Source: a cyanobacterium endosymbiont of Rhopalodia gibba
GTDB taxonomy: Bacteria > Cyanobacteriota > Cyanobacteriia > Cyanobacteriales > Microcystaceae
DNA: 64,000 nt
NCBI GenBank assembly: GCA_045159875.1
Contig: CP067995.1
Span: 2,016,001 to 2,080,000 of the forward strand
Direction of reading: 5' to 3'
Position numbers and translations under genes: made by a program. The notes under the pieces were generated by a model, which worked only from the letters and a program-made list of their open reading frames with translations, was not told where the DNA came from and searched no databases. This document shows, one piece after another, positions 23,062-36,997 of this stretch; position 1 is the first letter of the stretch; the number at the start of each line of letters is the position of its first letter.

Positions 23062-26000
23062 ATGACTAATCTAATCTATAACTATGATTTACTCCCAGAC
23101 TTGATAGAAATTCAACGATCAAGTTTTATGTGGTTTTTAGAAGAGGGGTTAATCGAAGAGCTCAACAGCTTCTCCCCTATTACAGACTATACTGGGAAAT
23201 TGGAATTACATTTTTTGGGAGAAAACTATAAACTCAAGCAACCCAAATATGATGTTGATGAGGCAAAACGACGTGATAGTACTTATTCAGTACAGATGTA
23301 TGTGCCAACTCGTTTAATTAACAAAGAAACTGGGGAAATTAAAGAACAAGAAGTGTTTATTGGGGATTTACCCTTAATGACCGAACGGGGAACCTTCATT
23401 ATAAATGGAGCAGAACGGGTGATCGTCAACCAGATTGTACGGTCTCCAGGAGTTTATTACAAAGCAGAAACTGATAAGAATGGACGAAGAACCTATTCAG
23501 CTTCTTTAATCCCTAACCGAGGAGCTTGGTTAAAATTTGAAACCGATAAAAATGGATTAGTGTGGGTTAGGATTGATAAAACGCGAAAACTGTCAGCTCA
23601 AGTATTACTTAAAGCTATCGGTTTGAGTGACTCGGAAATTTTAGATTCTTTACGCCACCCTGATTTTTATCAACAAACCCTAGATAAAGAAGGGAATCCT
23701 AGCGAAGAAGAAGCTCTGCTGGAATTGTATCGCAAATTACGTCCGGGAGAACCTCCAACCGTCAGTGGGGGACAGCAACTACTCGATTCACGTTTTTTTG
23801 ACAGTAAGCGATATGATTTGGGACGTGTAGGACGTTATAAGCTTAATAAAAAATTACGTCTCAATACGGCTGACACCATTCGAGTCTTGAGAGCGGAGGA
23901 TATTTTGTCCGCGATCGATTATTTAATTAATTTAGAATTCGATACTGGTAGTACTGATGATATCGATCACTTAGGGAATCGTCGAGTACGCTCCGTGGGA
24001 GAACTGCTGCAAAATCAGGTAAGAGTTGGGTTAAATCGTTTAGAGAGGATTATTCGAGAAAGGATGACCGTCAGTGAGTCTGATAGCCTCACTCCTGCTT
24101 CCTTAGTCAATCCTAAACCCTTGGTAGCCGCTATTAAAGAATTTTTTGGTTCTTCCCAACTGTCCCAATTTATGGATCAAACCAATCCTCTAGCGGAATT
24201 GACCCATAAACGCCGAATCTCAGCGCTAGGACCTGGAGGATTGACTCGGGAAAGAGCAGGCTTTGCCGTCCGAGATATTCATCCATCCCACCACGGGCGA
24301 ATCTGTCCGGTAGAAACGCCTGAAGGACCTAATGCTGGGCTGATTGGCTCCTTAGCTACCTATGCTAGAGTTAACTCCTATGGATTTATTGAAACTCCAT
24401 ACTACAAAGTGGAGAATAGCCGGGTGCGGCGGGATTTAAACCCAGTGTACTTAACCGCTGATGAAGAAGACGACCTACGCGTTTGTCCTGGGGATGCAGC
24501 CACTGATGAAGAGGGTAATATCTTAGGCGATACAGTCCCCATTCGTTACCGTCAAGAATTTTCCACCACCAATCCAGCTCAGGTGGATTATATCGCTGTC
24601 TCTCCAGTACAGATTGTCTCAGTAGCGACTTCCATGATTCCTTTCCTCGAACATGATGACGCTAACCGGGCTCTGATGGGGTCAAACATGCAACGCCAAG
24701 CGGTTCCTCTTCTACGTCCAGAACGTCCCCTAGTGGGGACTGGATTAGAAGCACAAGCAGCGCGAGATTCAGGAATGGTAATCGTCAGCCGTACCGATGG
24801 GATTGTGACCTATGTGGATGCCTCAGAAATTCGAGTCCGAGTCACAGGACCGGAAAACCATGATAAATTAGGCGATGAAATCGTCTATCTTCTGCAAAAA
24901 TATCAACGGTCCAACCAGGATACGTGTTTAAATCAACGTCCGTTGGTTTATGTTAATGAGGATGTTGTCCCCGGCCAAGTGTTGGCTGATGGCTCAGCCA
25001 CAGAAGGAGGAGAATTAGCCCTTGGGCAAAATATACTTGTCGCTTATATGCCCTGGGAAGGCTATAACTACGAAGATGCTATCCTAATCAGTGAGCGACT
25101 GGTATACGACGATGTTTATACTAGTATTCACGTCGAAAAATACGAGATTGAAGCCAGACAGACGAAGTTGGGACCAGAAGAGATTACCCGAGAAATTCCT
25201 AATGTTGGGGAAGATGCGCTAAGAAATCTTGACGAACAAGGAATCATCCGCGTTGGTGCTTGGACAGATGCTGGAGATATTTTGGTGGGGAAAGTGACCC
25301 CCAAAGGAGAATCAGACCAACCACCTGAAGAAAAGCTTCTGCGGGCAATTTTTGGAGAAAAAGCCAGAGATGTACGGGATAACTCCCTACGTGTTCCCAA
25401 CGGAGAGAAAGGTCGCGTAGTTGATGTACGGGTTTTTACCCGTGAACAGGGAGATGAATTGCCCCCAGGAGCCAACATGGTCGTTAGGGTTTATGTCGCT
25501 CAAAAGCGAAAAATCCAGGTAGGAGATAAAATGGCGGGTCGTCACGGGAATAAAGGGATTATTTCCCGAATTATGCCTATTGAAGATATGCCTTATCTTC
25601 CCGATGGTCGTCCTGTCGATATTGTGCTTAATCCTCTGGGAGTTCCTTCAAGGATGAATGTTGGTCAAGTTTTTGAATGCCTACTGGGTTGGGCAGGAGA
25701 AAATTTAGGAGTTCGGTCTAAGATTACTCCCTTTGACGAAATGTATGAAGCCGAAGCGTCGCGAAATACTGTTCATGGTTTGTTGAAAAAGGCTTCACAA
25801 AAACATAAGCGAAGTTGGATTTATCAGCCAGAAAATCCCGGGAAAATACAGGTGTTTGATGGGCGCACAGGAGAACCATTTGATCGCCCAGTCACTGTAG
25901 GTCAGGCTTATATGTTAAAACTGGTCCACCTAGTAGATGATAAAATCCATGCTCGCTCAACTGGTCCTTACTCCTTAGTGACTCAACAACCTCTCGGAGG

Positions 26001-26370
26001 AAAAGCCCAACAAGGGGGACAACGGTTTGGAGAAATGGAGGTGTGGGCTTTAGAAGCCTACGGTGCAGCTTATACTCTTCAGGAATTATTAACTGTTAAG
26101 TCTGACGATATGCAAGGACGCAATGAGGCCCTAAATGCAATCGTTAAAGGAAAGCCTATTCCTGAACCGGGAACCCCTGAGTCCTTCAAAGTGTTGATGC
26201 GAGAATTACAATCCTTGGGCTTAGATATTGCCGTTCATAAGGTAGAGACTTCAGCTGATGGAACTAGCCGAGACGTGGAAGTTGACTTGATGGTGGATAC
26301 TCAACGTAGGACACCGAATCGTCCTACATATGAATCGTTAACCACCGAAGATCTTGAAGAAGAAGCCTAA
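23062..26370 (+). CDS. rpoB: RNA polymerase beta subunit
   Basis: [30 protein letters not shown] and other conserved beta blocks. Confidence 0.99.
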   Translation: MTNLIYNYDLLPDLIEIQRSSFMWFLEEGLIEELNSFSPITDYTGKLELHFLGENYKLKQPKYDVDEAKRRDSTYSVQMYVPTRLINKETGEIKEQEVFIGDLPLMTERGTFIINGAERVIVNQIVRSPGVYYKAETDKNGRRTYSASLIPNRGAWLKFETDKNGLVWVRIDKTRKLSAQVLLKAIGLSDSEILDSLRHPDFYQQTLDKEGNPSEEEALLELYRKLRPGEPPTVSGGQQLLDSRFFDSKRYDLGRVGRYKLNKKLRLNTADTIRVLRAEDILSAIDYLINLEFDTGSTDDIDHLGNRRVRSVGELLQNQVRVGLNRLERIIRERMTVSESDSLTPASLVNPKPLVAAIKEFFGSSQLSQFMDQTNPLAELTHKRRISALGPGGLTRERAGFAVRDIHPSHHGRICPVETPEGPNAGLIGSLATYARVNSYGFIETPYYKVENSRVRRDLNPVYLTADEEDDLRVCPGDAATDEEGNILGDTVPIRYRQEFSTTNPAQVDYIAVSPVQIVSVATSMIPFLEHDDANRALMGSNMQRQAVPLLRPERPLVGTGLEAQAARDSGMVIVSRTDGIVTYVDASEIRVRVTGPENHDKLGDEIVYLLQKYQRSNQDTCLNQRPLVYVNEDVVPGQVLADGSATEGGELALGQNILVAYMPWEGYNYEDAILISERLVYDDVYTSIHVEKYEIEARQTKLGPEEITREIPNVGEDALRNLDEQGIIRVGAWTDAGDILVGKVTPKGESDQPPEEKLLRAIFGEKARDVRDNSLRVPNGEKGRVVDVRVFTREQGDELPPGANMVVRVYVAQKRKIQVGDKMAGRHGNKGIISRIMPIEDMPYLPDGRPVDIVLNPLGVPSRMNVGQVFECLLGWAGENLGVRSKITPFDEMYEAEASRNTVHGLLKKASQKHKRSWIYQPENPGKIQVFDGRTGEPFDRPVTVGQAYMLKLVHLVDDKIHARSTGPYSLVTQQPLGGKAQQGGQRFGEMEVWALEAYGAAYTLQELLTVKSDDMQGRNEALNAIVKGKPIPEPGTPESFKVLMRELQSLGLDIAVHKVETSADGTSRDVEVDLMVDTQRRTPNRPTYESLTTEDLEEEA

Positions 26371-26446
26371 ACGGTGAATAGTGAGTAAAAATTGATCAAC
26401 AAGGCAATCTAAAACTTAACTATCAACTATTAACACATCGAAAAGT

Positions 26447-29400
26447 ATGACATTCTATAATCACATCGTTGATAAAGGTCGTTTAAAAAAGTTAATTGCT
26501 TGGGCTTACCGGAGTTATGGGTCTGCGAAAAGCTCTCAAATGGCTGATAATTTAAAAGATTTAGGATTTCGCTATGCTACCAAAGCTGGGGTGTCGATTA
26601 GCATTGATGACTTAACAATTCCCCCCACCAAACGGGGATTACTCGATAGTGCTGAACAATCAATACGTACCACTCAAGATCGCTATGCTAAAGGAGAAAT
26701 TACTGAAGTTGAACGTTTTACCAAAGTAATTGATACTTGGAATAGTACATCAGAAGAATTGAAAAATGAAGTAATTAGGAATTTTCAAGAAACCGATCCC
26801 CTCAATTCGGTATATATGATGGCATTTTCCGGCGCACGAGGAAATATGAGCCAAGTCCGTCAATTAGTAGGAATGCGGGGATTAATGGCTGATCCTCAAG
26901 GGGAAATTATTGACTTACCCATTAAAACAAATTTCCGAGAAGGGTTAACCGTAACAGAATATGTTATTTCTTCCTATGGGGCACGTAAAGGCTTAGTAGA
27001 TACAGCCCTAAGAACAGCCGACTCAGGCTATTTAACTCGTCGTTTAGTGGATGTTTCCCAAGATGTGATTGTGAGGGAAGTAGATTGTGGAACTAAGCGG
27101 GGACTGAAAGTGGTTGCCATGAAAGATGGTGATCGCGTCAAAATTCCCCTAGTAGACCGTTTATTAGGACGGGTATTAGCCGAAGATATTGTCGTAGATG
27201 GGCAAGTGTTAGCCCATCGCAATCAAAGTATTGATTCAGAGCTTGCCTCCTTAATCAGTGAACATGTCGAAGAAGTCATGGTGCGATCCCCTTTGACCTG
27301 TGAGGCAGCTCGCTCAGTTTGTCAGCAGTGCTATGGTTGGAGTTTAGCTGTTGGTCGTCTCGTGGATTTAGGGGAAGCAGTAGGCATTATTGCTGCCCAA
27401 TCTATCGGAGAACCAGGAACGCAACTAACTATGCGGACTTTCCACACTGGAGGAGTCTTTACAGGAGAAGTAGCTAGGGTAATTAAAGCCCCCAACAACG
27501 GAACTGTAACTTGGGGAAAAGGATTAAGTACTCGTAAAGTACGGACTCGTCATGGGGATGAAGCTTTTCAAGTAGAAATTGCAGGGGATATCATTTGGAC
27601 TCCAAACGGCTCAGGGAAAAAAGTAGCCAACTCTGTTACCCCAGGCTCCTTTATCTTTGTGGCTGATGGAACGGAAGTTGGACCAGACCAGCTATTAGCT
27701 GAAGTGACTAATGCACGGATACAAAAGTCAACTGAACGGGCAACCAAAGATGTAACCACTGATTTAGCTGGGGAAGTGCTTTTTGCCCAGTTAATGCCAG
27801 AAGAAAAAACAGATCGTCAGGGGAATAGCACCCGTATTGCTCAACGGGGAGGGTTACTGTGGGTGCTGTCAGGACAAGTCTATAACTTGCCGCCAGCAGC
27901 AGAACCCGTTGTGGCTAACGGAGATAAGGTAAAACCGGGGACGATTTTAGCAGAAACGAAATTAGTCTCAGCCAGTGGGGGTGTAGTGCGCACCGCTACT
28001 GGTAGTCGTGAAATTGAGATTATTACGGCCTCAGTTCTATTAGATCAAGCGGCCGTCAAAATGGAAGGGACCGGAGGTCGAGAACAATATGTTATTCATA
28101 CAGCCGATGGACAGCAGTTTTTATTGTTGGCAGCTCCTAAAACTAAAGTACAAAATCATGCCATCATTGCTGAATTAATTGATGATCGCTATCAGACTAA
28201 CACTGGCGGAATTTTACGCTATGGTGGTATTGAAGTATCCAAAGGAAGTCGCAAGACAGGGTATGAAGTAACTAAAGGGGGAACTTTGTTATGGATTCCT
28301 GAAGAAACTCATGAAGTTAATAAAGATATTTCATTACTCTTATCCGAGGATGGGCAGTTTGTTGAAGCAGGAACTGAAGTCGTCAAAGATATTTTCTGTG
28401 CCAGCAGTGGAGTGGTCGAAGTAGTTCAAAAAAATGATATTCTTCGAGAAATTATTATTAAACCGGGAGACTTTTACTTTGATGTTGACCCAGACAAGGT
28501 TGGCATTGAAAACGGCGCATTAATTCCTCCAGGAACTCAAGTGTTACCTGATGTTACTACTGTAAGTCTGTGTCAAGGAGAATGGATTGAAAGTCCCGAT
28601 GGATTAGGCTTACTGCTGCGTCCAGTTGAAGAATATCTTGTTTCAGACGAACCACTAGCTCCTTCTCAAGGATCCATTAATGACGGTCGGGGACGGACTA
28701 TTGAGTTACTTCCTTGTCAGAAACTATTTTTTAAAGACGGGGAACGAGTTAAATCAGTCGATGGCACTCAGTTGTTAAGTACCCAGCTAGTCTTAGAAAT
28801 TGATCAGAACGAATCGGAACATGGAACGAATCTCGTGGCTGACATTGAACTAAAAACTGATGAAGACGCTGACTGTCAACGATTACAGCTAGTTATTTTG
28901 GAATCTTTGGTGCTACGTCGAGATCTTGATAGTGATCCTCACGGAGGCAAGATCCAAACTAATATACTAGTATCCAATGGAGAGCAAATTCCCCCTGGGG
29001 CTATAGTGGCTAAGACAGAAATTCAGTGTACTGCTATTGGCGAAGTACGAGGTATAAAGCAAGGAATTGAAGCAATTCGCCGAATTTTAGTAGTACGTGA
29101 TGACGACTTAGAAACCATTACAGTTGACAAAAAACCCATCGTTAGTCCAGGAGACTTGATGGTAGCTGATGCTGAGTTAGCCGCCGGCGTTAAAGTACAG
29201 TCGTCAGGGCGGGTGGTAGGCGTCTCCCAAACTCAGGATAATTCAGGGTTCGAGATTGTTTTACGTAGAGCTCGACCTTATCGGGTCTCTCCTGGAGCTA
29301 TTTTGCATATTGACGATGGAGATTTAGTGCAACGGGGGGATAATTTAGTACTATTAGTGTTTGAACGTTCTAAAACTGGAGATATTATCCAAGGGCTGCC

Positions 29401-30382
29401 TCGAATTGAGGAATTGTTAGAAGCTCGTAAGCCGAAGGAGAGTTGTATACTAGCTCGAAAACCAGGTATCACTCAAGTTGAGTATTCAGATGATGAAATG
29501 GTGGATGTGAAGATTATTGAAGATGATGGAACGATCAGTGAATACCCCATCCTTCCTCCCCAGAATGTAATGGTGTCTGATGGAACTCGTGTAGAAGTCG
29601 GTGATCAGTTAACCGATGGACCAGCGAATCCTCATGAAATCCTAGACGTATTTTTCAATTATTATGTGGACTTGCTAGGGGTTTATGAAGCTGCTCTTAA
29701 GGGATTACGAGCAGCCCAAAAATTCTTGGTCAATCAAGTACAAATGGTTTATCAGTCCCAAGGGATTGATATTTCTGATAAGCATATTGAAGTCATTGTT
29801 CGCCAGATGACCGCTAAGGTTCGGGTAGATGATGGAGGAGATACCACCATGTTACCGGGGGAATTAGTTGAGTTGCGCCAAATTGAACAGGTCAATGAAG
29901 CGATGGCTATCACAGGAGGTGCACCAGCGAGATATACCCCAATTCTCTTGGGAATTACCAAGGCTTCGCTAAATACAGACTCGTTTATTAGTGCGGCTTC
30001 CTTCCAAGAGACAACTAGGGTTTTGACCGAGGCAGCGATCGAAGGTAAATCCGACTGGTTACGGGGTCTTAAAGAAAATGTGATTATCGGTCGTTTAATT
30101 CCAGCTGGAACGGGTTTTCATACCCATGAGGATCTCTCCATGGGAGATATAGAAATCGACTCAGAACGGCTATCCCGTTCGACTTCATATAACAATAGTG
30201 AATCGGAAAAATCTGGCTCATGGGAGTCTTTGACTTCCTTCTCAGACTCTAACTCATCAGGACACTTATTAAAATCCAATTTAGATGAAGTAGACGAGCA
30301 TATGGTTCTTGATGATAATATTGCCCGTGCTTACACTAAATCTGATATCCCTTGGGAACTTGATTCTAATACTACAGAGTAA
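26447..30382 (+). CDS. rpoC2: RNA polymerase beta' subunit C-terminal part (cyanobacterial RpoC2)
   Basis: [28 protein letters not shown], large SI3 insertion, [12 protein letters not shown]; no NADFDGD motif (that lies in RpoC1). Confidence 0.99.
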   Translation: MTFYNHIVDKGRLKKLIAWAYRSYGSAKSSQMADNLKDLGFRYATKAGVSISIDDLTIPPTKRGLLDSAEQSIRTTQDRYAKGEITEVERFTKVIDTWNSTSEELKNEVIRNFQETDPLNSVYMMAFSGARGNMSQVRQLVGMRGLMADPQGEIIDLPIKTNFREGLTVTEYVISSYGARKGLVDTALRTADSGYLTRRLVDVSQDVIVREVDCGTKRGLKVVAMKDGDRVKIPLVDRLLGRVLAEDIVVDGQVLAHRNQSIDSELASLISEHVEEVMVRSPLTCEAARSVCQQCYGWSLAVGRLVDLGEAVGIIAAQSIGEPGTQLTMRTFHTGGVFTGEVARVIKAPNNGTVTWGKGLSTRKVRTRHGDEAFQVEIAGDIIWTPNGSGKKVANSVTPGSFIFVADGTEVGPDQLLAEVTNARIQKSTERATKDVTTDLAGEVLFAQLMPEEKTDRQGNSTRIAQRGGLLWVLSGQVYNLPPAAEPVVANGDKVKPGTILAETKLVSASGGVVRTATGSREIEIITASVLLDQAAVKMEGTGGREQYVIHTADGQQFLLLAAPKTKVQNHAIIAELIDDRYQTNTGGILRYGGIEVSKGSRKTGYEVTKGGTLLWIPEETHEVNKDISLLLSEDGQFVEAGTEVVKDIFCASSGVVEVVQKNDILREIIIKPGDFYFDVDPDKVGIENGALIPPGTQVLPDVTTVSLCQGEWIESPDGLGLLLRPVEEYLVSDEPLAPSQGSINDGRGRTIELLPCQKLFFKDGERVKSVDGTQLLSTQLVLEIDQNESEHGTNLVADIELKTDEDADCQRLQLVILESLVLRRDLDSDPHGGKIQTNILVSNGEQIPPGAIVAKTEIQCTAIGEVRGIKQGIEAIRRILVVRDDDLETITVDKKPIVSPGDLMVADAELAAGVKVQSSGRVVGVSQTQDNSGFEIVLRRARPYRVSPGAILHIDDGDLVQRGDNLVLLVFERSKTGDIIQGLPRIEELLEARKPKESCILARKPGITQVEYSDDEMVDVKIIEDDGTISEYPILPPQNVMVSDGTRVEVGDQLTDGPANPHEILDVFFNYYVDLLGVYEAALKGLRAAQKFLVNQVQMVYQSQGIDISDKHIEVIVRQMTAKVRVDDGGDTTMLPGELVELRQIEQVNEAMAITGGAPARYTPILLGITKASLNTDSFISAASFQETTRVLTEAAIEGKSDWLRGLKENVIIGRLIPAGTGFHTHEDLSMGDIEIDSERLSRSTSYNNSESEKSGSWESLTSFSDSNSSGHLLKSNLDEVDEHMVLDDNIARAYTKSDIPWELDSNTTE

Positions 30383-30422
30383 GATGACTTAGATTAACAT
30401 AAATTTAACTTATAGATTTTAC

Positions 30423-30475
30423 TAACCACTCAAACCAGGCCTTCAGTTTTACTGAAGGCCTGGTTTGAATGGTTA
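30423..30475 (+). terminator. Strong hairpin terminating the rpoB-rpoC2 operon
   Basis: TAACCACTCAAACCAGGCCTTCAGT-TTT-ACTGAAGGCCTGGTTTGAATGGTTA, 40 bp after the rpoC2 stop. Confidence 0.85.
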
Positions 30476-30684
30476 ATAAATAAAATATTATTGAATTTTT
30501 TAAAAGTGGGAGAATTACCAGCTTTTCAACAAATAACTCGTCTTCAGATAAAGCGATGTAAATTTAAGTAAATCGTTAATATAACCTCAATTCGATGTTA
30601 GAAGTTAGGTTAAAATATGGGAGGATAAAAATAAGGCATCATTAACATAAATGCTTAATTATTCTTGAATAAGCGAGAGAAATC

Positions 30685-31380
30685 ATGTCAAATCCTGGGA
30701 AAATATTGTTAGTAGATGATGAACCTGGAATTCGTCAATCCACACAAGCTTACTTAGAATATAGTGGAGATTTTGAAGTTAAAGTTGCCAGTAATGCTAA
30801 TCAAGCTTGGGAGCTTATTGAGAAAAACATCCCTGATCTAGTCATTTCTGATATTATGATGCCACAGGTGGATGGCTATCAATTTTTACAAAAACTTCGA
30901 GAAGATGCTAGGTATCAAGCCCTTCCCGTTGTTTTTTTAACCGCTAGGGGAATGACTCCGGATCGCATTCGAGGATATCAGTCCGGTTGTGATGCTTATT
31001 TATCTAAACCCTTTGATCCTGAAGAATTGGAAGCTATCATTAAAAGTCTACTTGAACGTCGACAAGTGAGTATTCAGTCAAACAGTGAAACAACAAAACT
31101 CGAAGAAATTGTCCAGGAGATTCGAGAACTTAAAGCGCAAATTGTTCAACAACCTCATTTAGTAACTACTCCTTCTCCCCTTAAAATTGAATTAACTCCG
31201 CGAGAACAAAGTGTTTTAGATTTGGTAGCAGAAGGGCTAATGAATAAAGAGATTGCCGTGCGTTTGAATACCAGCGTAAGAAATGTAGAAAAATATGTTA
31301 GTCGTTTGTTTGGTAAAACAGAAACTAACAGTCGAACAGAACTGGTTCGTTTTGCCCTCAAACACGGTCTAACCAATTGA
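30685..31380 (+). CDS. ycf29: NarL/LuxR-family response regulator (Ycf29/Rre1-like)
   Basis: Receiver domain (LLVDDEP, DIMMP, KPF) plus LTPREQSVLDLVAEGLMNKEIA...RNVEKYVSRLF HTH typical of Ycf29. Confidence 0.85.
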   Translation: MSNPGKILLVDDEPGIRQSTQAYLEYSGDFEVKVASNANQAWELIEKNIPDLVISDIMMPQVDGYQFLQKLREDARYQALPVVFLTARGMTPDRIRGYQSGCDAYLSKPFDPEELEAIIKSLLERRQVSIQSNSETTKLEEIVQEIRELKAQIVQQPHLVTTPSPLKIELTPREQSVLDLVAEGLMNKEIAVRLNTSVRNVEKYVSRLFGKTETNSRTELVRFALKHGLTN

Positions 31381-31898
31381 AAGATAATCGTTAAGAAATA
31401 TTAATGTTGATACAGTTTTAAGTTCTTCTTCTATAAGAGTTTAAGTCAATTTTGTTAGCTATTTTACTACTAGAACTTACCTCTATACACTGAAAAAATC
31501 CTTTTGCTAGAATTGCTGTTCTAAAAAGTGTAAAGTTAAGATTTAAAATCTGCTTTCTAATTCTATTTTTTTAGAACGTTCTATGTCTCCTGTTTATTTG
31601 GCAAAATTCCGTTAATCTATTCAATTTAATTGTCCTGTTAATGCATTTGTCCGTGTGCCTAAAAATCAAAATTAGTTTTATAGCTGCTTTACTCTGTCAT
31701 TTCTCTTATAATTCAACATGAGTTCAACGAAAAGTTGTCGAAAAAAATAGAATTAGCACTTTTTTTAAAAAAAGGTAATTTTTGGGCTGGGGAATAGATG
31801 AATGTATGACTATTCATTGGTCAGGGCATCGGATACTGAAATAACTTTAATATATTACAGAATTTTTCCCACTGCTCAATCGATCTGAAAGTAGAAAA

Positions 31899-31971
31899 TG
31901 CCAGGAGGCGGATTTGAACCGCCGACACGAGGATTTTCAGTCCACTGCTCTACCAACTGAGCTATCCCGGC
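31899..31971 (-). tRNA. trnF: tRNA-Phe(GAA)
   Basis: Reverse complement GCCGGGATAGCTCAGTTGGTAGAGCAGTGGACTGAAAATCCTCGTGTCGGCGGTTCAAATCCGCCTCCTGGCA; 73 nt, CCA not encoded. Confidence 0.97.
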
Positions 31972-34262
31972 AACTAACTTTTTTAATCCTTTACAAGCCT
32001 AGCAAAAACTTTAGTCGATTGCAAGAGAAAAAAAAAATTTTTCTGCAGTTTCCTTTTAAAGGCTATCTTAGCCTAATAAGTTTTACGTTCGACGTGTTTG
32101 GAGAGGTCGATGATGTAGAAGTTATACCTCCACACATTACATCAAATATATTTTGGCTAAAAAAGATAAAGCAGTAATCATGACATTACCATTCAATCAA
32201 AATTGTTCAATAATTATTAAATATTTTAAGAAATAAGAAGACTAAATTTTAGAGCATTTGCACTCGAATAAAATTGAAATTAAGTTCGAAAGATAATTCT
32301 ATTTAATATTAATCATCGATTAATTCTTTGGCTTTCATTAACTTTGACCTAATCAAAGCTCAAAAGACACTGAGAAAGTGAGTAGAGATAACATCATATT
32401 TTTTAAGTATAAATTTATTTATTTCACACAATTGTTTTTGGTTACAGTAGCGATATTCAACCACCTAATAAGTTCTCTTTGAGTAAAAAAATAGACTTTC
32501 ATTGACGCTAAATGTTTGACATTAGCGTTCAACTCCCAAGTATAGATATATAAAAAAACTAGCACCTAAATTCTTATTTTAGAAATAACCCCTAAATTAT
32601 CAATTTTTTCTTTATTTTTAATGATTACTTTCTCTTTTGAGGCAAGTTATATTTCGGTTAATCTGTTAATAGATAACTTCTATGATAGTATCATTTTTAT
32701 ATCGCTTAATTAACGATCAATAAACGCAACTTTTAAAAATATGTATGGTCGGCAATTTATTGGATAAGGTAATACCTGATAAAATTTTTTAAAAACTAAA
32801 TTTTAAAAAAGGAGATAGCTTATTTACAAGTGAAACGTTTGATAGACTCCGAATTATCCTTTGTAATTTTAGATTTAATAAAGTAATATCTATTTAACGC
32901 CAAGATAATTGTTGATGTCACAATGCCTTAGAAGATTTAGTTTGAATAGAGAATATTTATTATATAATCTAAAAATTGTTAACTTAATTTAAGCAGACTA
33001 ACTTCATTTAGGATAAAGGAATTGCTGGGGTTCTAGATAAAAATCTACTTAGGGTAAATTTGGCTATACTTCAATATTTATTTACCCATAAAAAATAGTC
33101 TACCTATTAATTAGTAGCAGCTTGCAGTGAGGGATTAACTAAAGACAATCTCTTTCATTAATGACAATAAATGGACTACTTTTATTAAAATTTTTAAATT
33201 TATTAGCTACTAAATCATTTGACTCAGTCTGGAAAACCTACAATTTTTACTGGTTTTTTGGGGATAATAAAGAAGCTATCAGATAGCTCTTGAAGCTAAA
33301 AAAACACACTCTCATTACTTCAGCACTTGCAAACTATACTAAATCTAGTTGCAAAAATCTATTCATGAATAAGGGGAAAATAATCTGGAGACAAACAATG
33401 CCTAGAAAATTTCATTTAATCATAAATATTAGTTTATTTAAACTTTTTAGTTCAGATTCTATAGATTCAAAAAAATGATATCCACTCTTGAAAGTCTACT
33501 TGTTATAGTAATAAGTTTTTATTAAATTTTAAAAATTTACTGAAAAATATAGTTAATTAAGAGAAAATAAACTTTTTTAAATTTTAAAACTACTTTAAAA
33601 GTTAGTCCACAAATTAAAATTAATATCAGTTAGATGAACAGATATAGAAAAAAGTAAAAGTAGCTTGTTTTATAAACAAAAAAAATATTACAAATAATAC
33701 TTTTAAAAGTCAAAAAACTAGAAGAACTATATCCCAAAAACGAAGTATATATATGGTCTATAGAAATAGAGTTAGCTTGTAGTCAATTTTTAAAAAGTTT
33801 TACATCTTATTCTGGCAACCAGTTTTATAAAAAAATAAAAACATCTTCGAAAATTATTATACAATATTGGCTAGTTTGTCCTCCAGAATTAGGGTATTTA
33901 AAAAGAGTAAAGTATTTTACACTAAATACTGCGATATAATTTTCTCCAAGTATTATATAGTATAAAATGTGCTGTCCCTATTTTTATCGTCTATGACCCA
34001 TTTATGTCCTAATTCTAAAAAACTTTCATTATTCTTGACATTGACTTAATGAATTATATCTTAGCATCTTGACTTTAGAAAAATAAAATATAAGCAATGT
34101 TAGTTAAAAGTCAGTTTGATAAAAAATATTAAGTATTTATTGATTCAACTTAAATAAGTTAGAATATTAAACATATTAGTTTAAATTTATGGTAACAGTA
34201 AAAAAATTTATTTACATAAATGGCGTCAATTCAAGTTAACTAATTTAATATCTAAAATTAAG

Positions 34263-35258
34263 ATGAAACATACAAAAAATCTTTTCAAAATCAAACAATT
34301 ACAACCTCTCTATAATCTTCTAGATAACAGAATAATTAAAGCTTATCCTGTGCTAAAATGGGCAGGAGGAAAAACAAAATTACTATCACAAATTCAAAAG
34401 CAATATCCCTCAAAACTACAACAAGGTTGTCTAAAGACTTACATAGAATCTTTTGTTGGAGGAGGTTCGGTTTTTTTTGACATTTACCATCATTTTAATA
34501 TTGAAAAAGCTTATCTTTTTGATAAGAATATTGAATTAATTATTTTATATAAAGTTATCAAAAATAACGCCGAATTACTAATTAGTAGATTATCAAATCT
34601 AAAAAAAGAATATCTAAATTTAACAGAAGAAAAAAGAGAAGTTTTTTACTATCAGTCTAGAACCGATTACAACACTTTTGATAAAAAAGATGATACCAAT
34701 ATTTATAAAAAAAATTGGGTAGAACGTGCCGCTCTGACAATTTTTCTTAACCATACGTGTTTTAATGGGTTGTATCGAGTAAATCGGAAGGGTTTGTTTA
34801 ATGTCCCGATGGGTAGATATAAAAATCCGGCCATACTTAACAGCAGCAATATTAGGGCTGTTAGTCAAGCATTTAAAATTGCAGAAATTAAACAATGCGA
34901 TTTTTCTGAAGTTCTAGAATATGCAGATAAAACTACTTTTATTTATTATGATCCTCCTTATCGTTCTATTAGTAAAACGGCTACTTTTAATGCTTATAAT
35001 TCTTTGAATTTTAATGATGATGAACAACGACGCTTAAGAGATACTTTTATAGAAGTATCTCAGCAAGGAGCTTATCAAATGTTAAGTAATTCTGATCCGA
35101 CTAATTATATTGAAGATTTCTTTTTTGATGAATTATATTCTGATTTTAATATTAAACGTATTTTTGCTTCACGGATGATTAACTCTAAGGGAAATAGGCG
35201 TGGTAAAATAAGGGAAATTCTTGTAACAAATTATTCGGATTATATCAATAAAATTTAA
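34263..35258 (+). CDS. Dam-family (D12 class) N6-adenine DNA methyltransferase, orphan
   Basis: LKWAGGK, ESFVGGGSV (motif I), FNGLYRVN, FNVPMG, YYDPPY (motif IV), MLSNS and EILVTNY. Confidence 0.93.
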   Translation: MKHTKNLFKIKQLQPLYNLLDNRIIKAYPVLKWAGGKTKLLSQIQKQYPSKLQQGCLKTYIESFVGGGSVFFDIYHHFNIEKAYLFDKNIELIILYKVIKNNAELLISRLSNLKKEYLNLTEEKREVFYYQSRTDYNTFDKKDDTNIYKKNWVERAALTIFLNHTCFNGLYRVNRKGLFNVPMGRYKNPAILNSSNIRAVSQAFKIAEIKQCDFSEVLEYADKTTFIYYDPPYRSISKTATFNAYNSLNFNDDEQRRLRDTFIEVSQQGAYQMLSNSDPTNYIEDFFFDELYSDFNIKRIFASRMINSKGNRRGKIREILVTNYSDYINKI

Positions 35259-35269
35259 TCCTCATTAAT

Positions 35270-36160
35270 CTTAAATCTACAAAAACTAGACAAGTTATTT
35301 TAAATGAATTGAGTAGTAAAATAGCAACTCAGTAGATAAATCAGCTAAAGAGTTAGTCACAAAAAGAATAGTTAGGCACAATCATTCGTCATTCTCCTTG
35401 TTTTAATTATTACTTCATAATAAAAATCGGTAGAATAAAGGTTCTCGAACGACTACTGTAGCATTTCTTAATACTTATGTATTTTTCGAATAAAAAACTC
35501 TATCAGAGGTAACCAGTTCCTCTTGTTCTTGATTAATTAATGACCATCAACAGTCTCCGGATAAATAGCTGCAGTGTAAACAGAAGTATTTTTTATCCAT
35601 TAGTATTGCAGGAAATTCCTTTTACTTCTAAGTAACTAGACGCTATACAAATAATGTGTATAATATTAATTATTGGGTAAATTACTAAACTATAAGAATA
35701 AAATATTAAATCAAGAAAAATAACAGTATTGTAATCTTAATACTATAATTTGAACTTATTAAGTAGGTAAGATGGTCTTTATAATGCCAATTAAATTGTA
35801 CTATGTCCATAGTAAGTAATAAATTTAAATATTTTCAAACCTCAAACAAAAATATCAAAAAAAATTAGAAAATTAATTATAAGTATTCCTGTTGAATGAA
35901 AGTTTTTTGAAAAACTCCTAATTCTGCTTTTTCAAGGCTCTTAAAATATCAAGACAGGATCCGTACAAAGCTCGACCTATTTATATTGATATAACTCTGC
36001 GAGTAGTACGATAAGATAATGATACTCCTAAGTAATTTTCCAAATCAGTCACCAGTTCATTGACTGCTAAACGAGATAACAAAGTATAGCTATCTCGTTC
36101 AGCAGAGCTAATGTTGTTAACAACTTGAGTGAATACACGCATATTTTTCAACTCATCCAT
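35270..36160 (-). pseudogene. LysR-family transcriptional regulator pseudogene
   Basis: From ATG at 36160: MDELKNMRVFTQVV...LSRLAVNELVTDLENYLGVSLSYRTTRRV (wHTH); downstream CLHCSYL...VLRNATV...LPIFI...LKQGE fragments of the effector domain; many stops. Confidence 0.85.
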
Positions 36161-36245
36161 AATAGTTTAACTCTCTAAATTTTAGAGATGATGCGTAATT
36201 TATAATTAAAATTATCTTTTTCTTATAAAAGAGGAAGTACGAATA

Positions 36246-36930
36246 ATGGTTACTGTTCGTTAATCCCAAGTAATGGATAAAATTAATTTTAGTTATCTCG
36301 ACAGTAAATATACCTTTTCTACTAATAGCTATTAGCAGAAAAAATACATGAAATTTAGTCATCTGCAGGTGATCAATGAAGATCAATTTGAACCAACCAA
36401 AAAATTTAACTCTAATAACCACAGAGATGTAGAAATTACTCCTATCTTTTGAACGGTACATTAAAAAATAAAGATAGTATTGGGAGCAGTTCAGTAATTC
36501 ATATAGAGGATAGACAATAGATGTTAAGTGGGACAGTAATTACCCACAGCAGGTTTAATGCTTCTATTATCAAGTCAGTTCGGTTTTTGCAAATTTGGCG
36601 TATCCATAATACAAAAAAATTTGAACCAGGCTGCCGAGAAAAACATTTTTCTCGGTCTACAAAACAAGAAATATTAAAATCGACCGTCTACCCCAATGAT
36701 AAAATCTATCAGGATGTTAAGTTCTATGTTGCTGTTTTAAATGAGGATAATTATGTTAATCACAACAGTGAAAATAATCAATCATTATGGTTTTAAGTTA
36801 CTAACGGTTTTTTAAAGAGCAATGACCAAATCCTAAATACTAACGATGGTGCTATTCTCTCTCAAGAAACCAATATTAAACTTGCTTTTACTAGCTATGA
36901 TACCTAAATTTTGCTTTTTAAATTAATCTA
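36246..36930 (+). pseudogene. Pirin-family protein (YhhW-like) pseudogene
   Basis: MVTVR*...YLDSKYTFS...HLQVINEDQF...NHRDVEIT, LNGTLKNKDSIG and MLSGTVITHSRFNAS...FLQIW; stops, a frameshift and lost metal-binding His/Glu. Confidence 0.88.
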
Positions 36931-36997
36931 ACAAGTAAGAATAGATAAGAGCTTATTTAAACTTGATTAAAAAACTTATCACGATAATTTTTATTAT

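Noticed and set aside
31914..32177. 87-aa ORF
   Set aside because: It overlaps tRNA-Phe antisense and is spurious
36153..36796. ORFs 36153..36461 (-) and 36521..36796 (+) as genes
   Set aside because: They are the antisense shadow and an internal fragment of the pirin pseudogene
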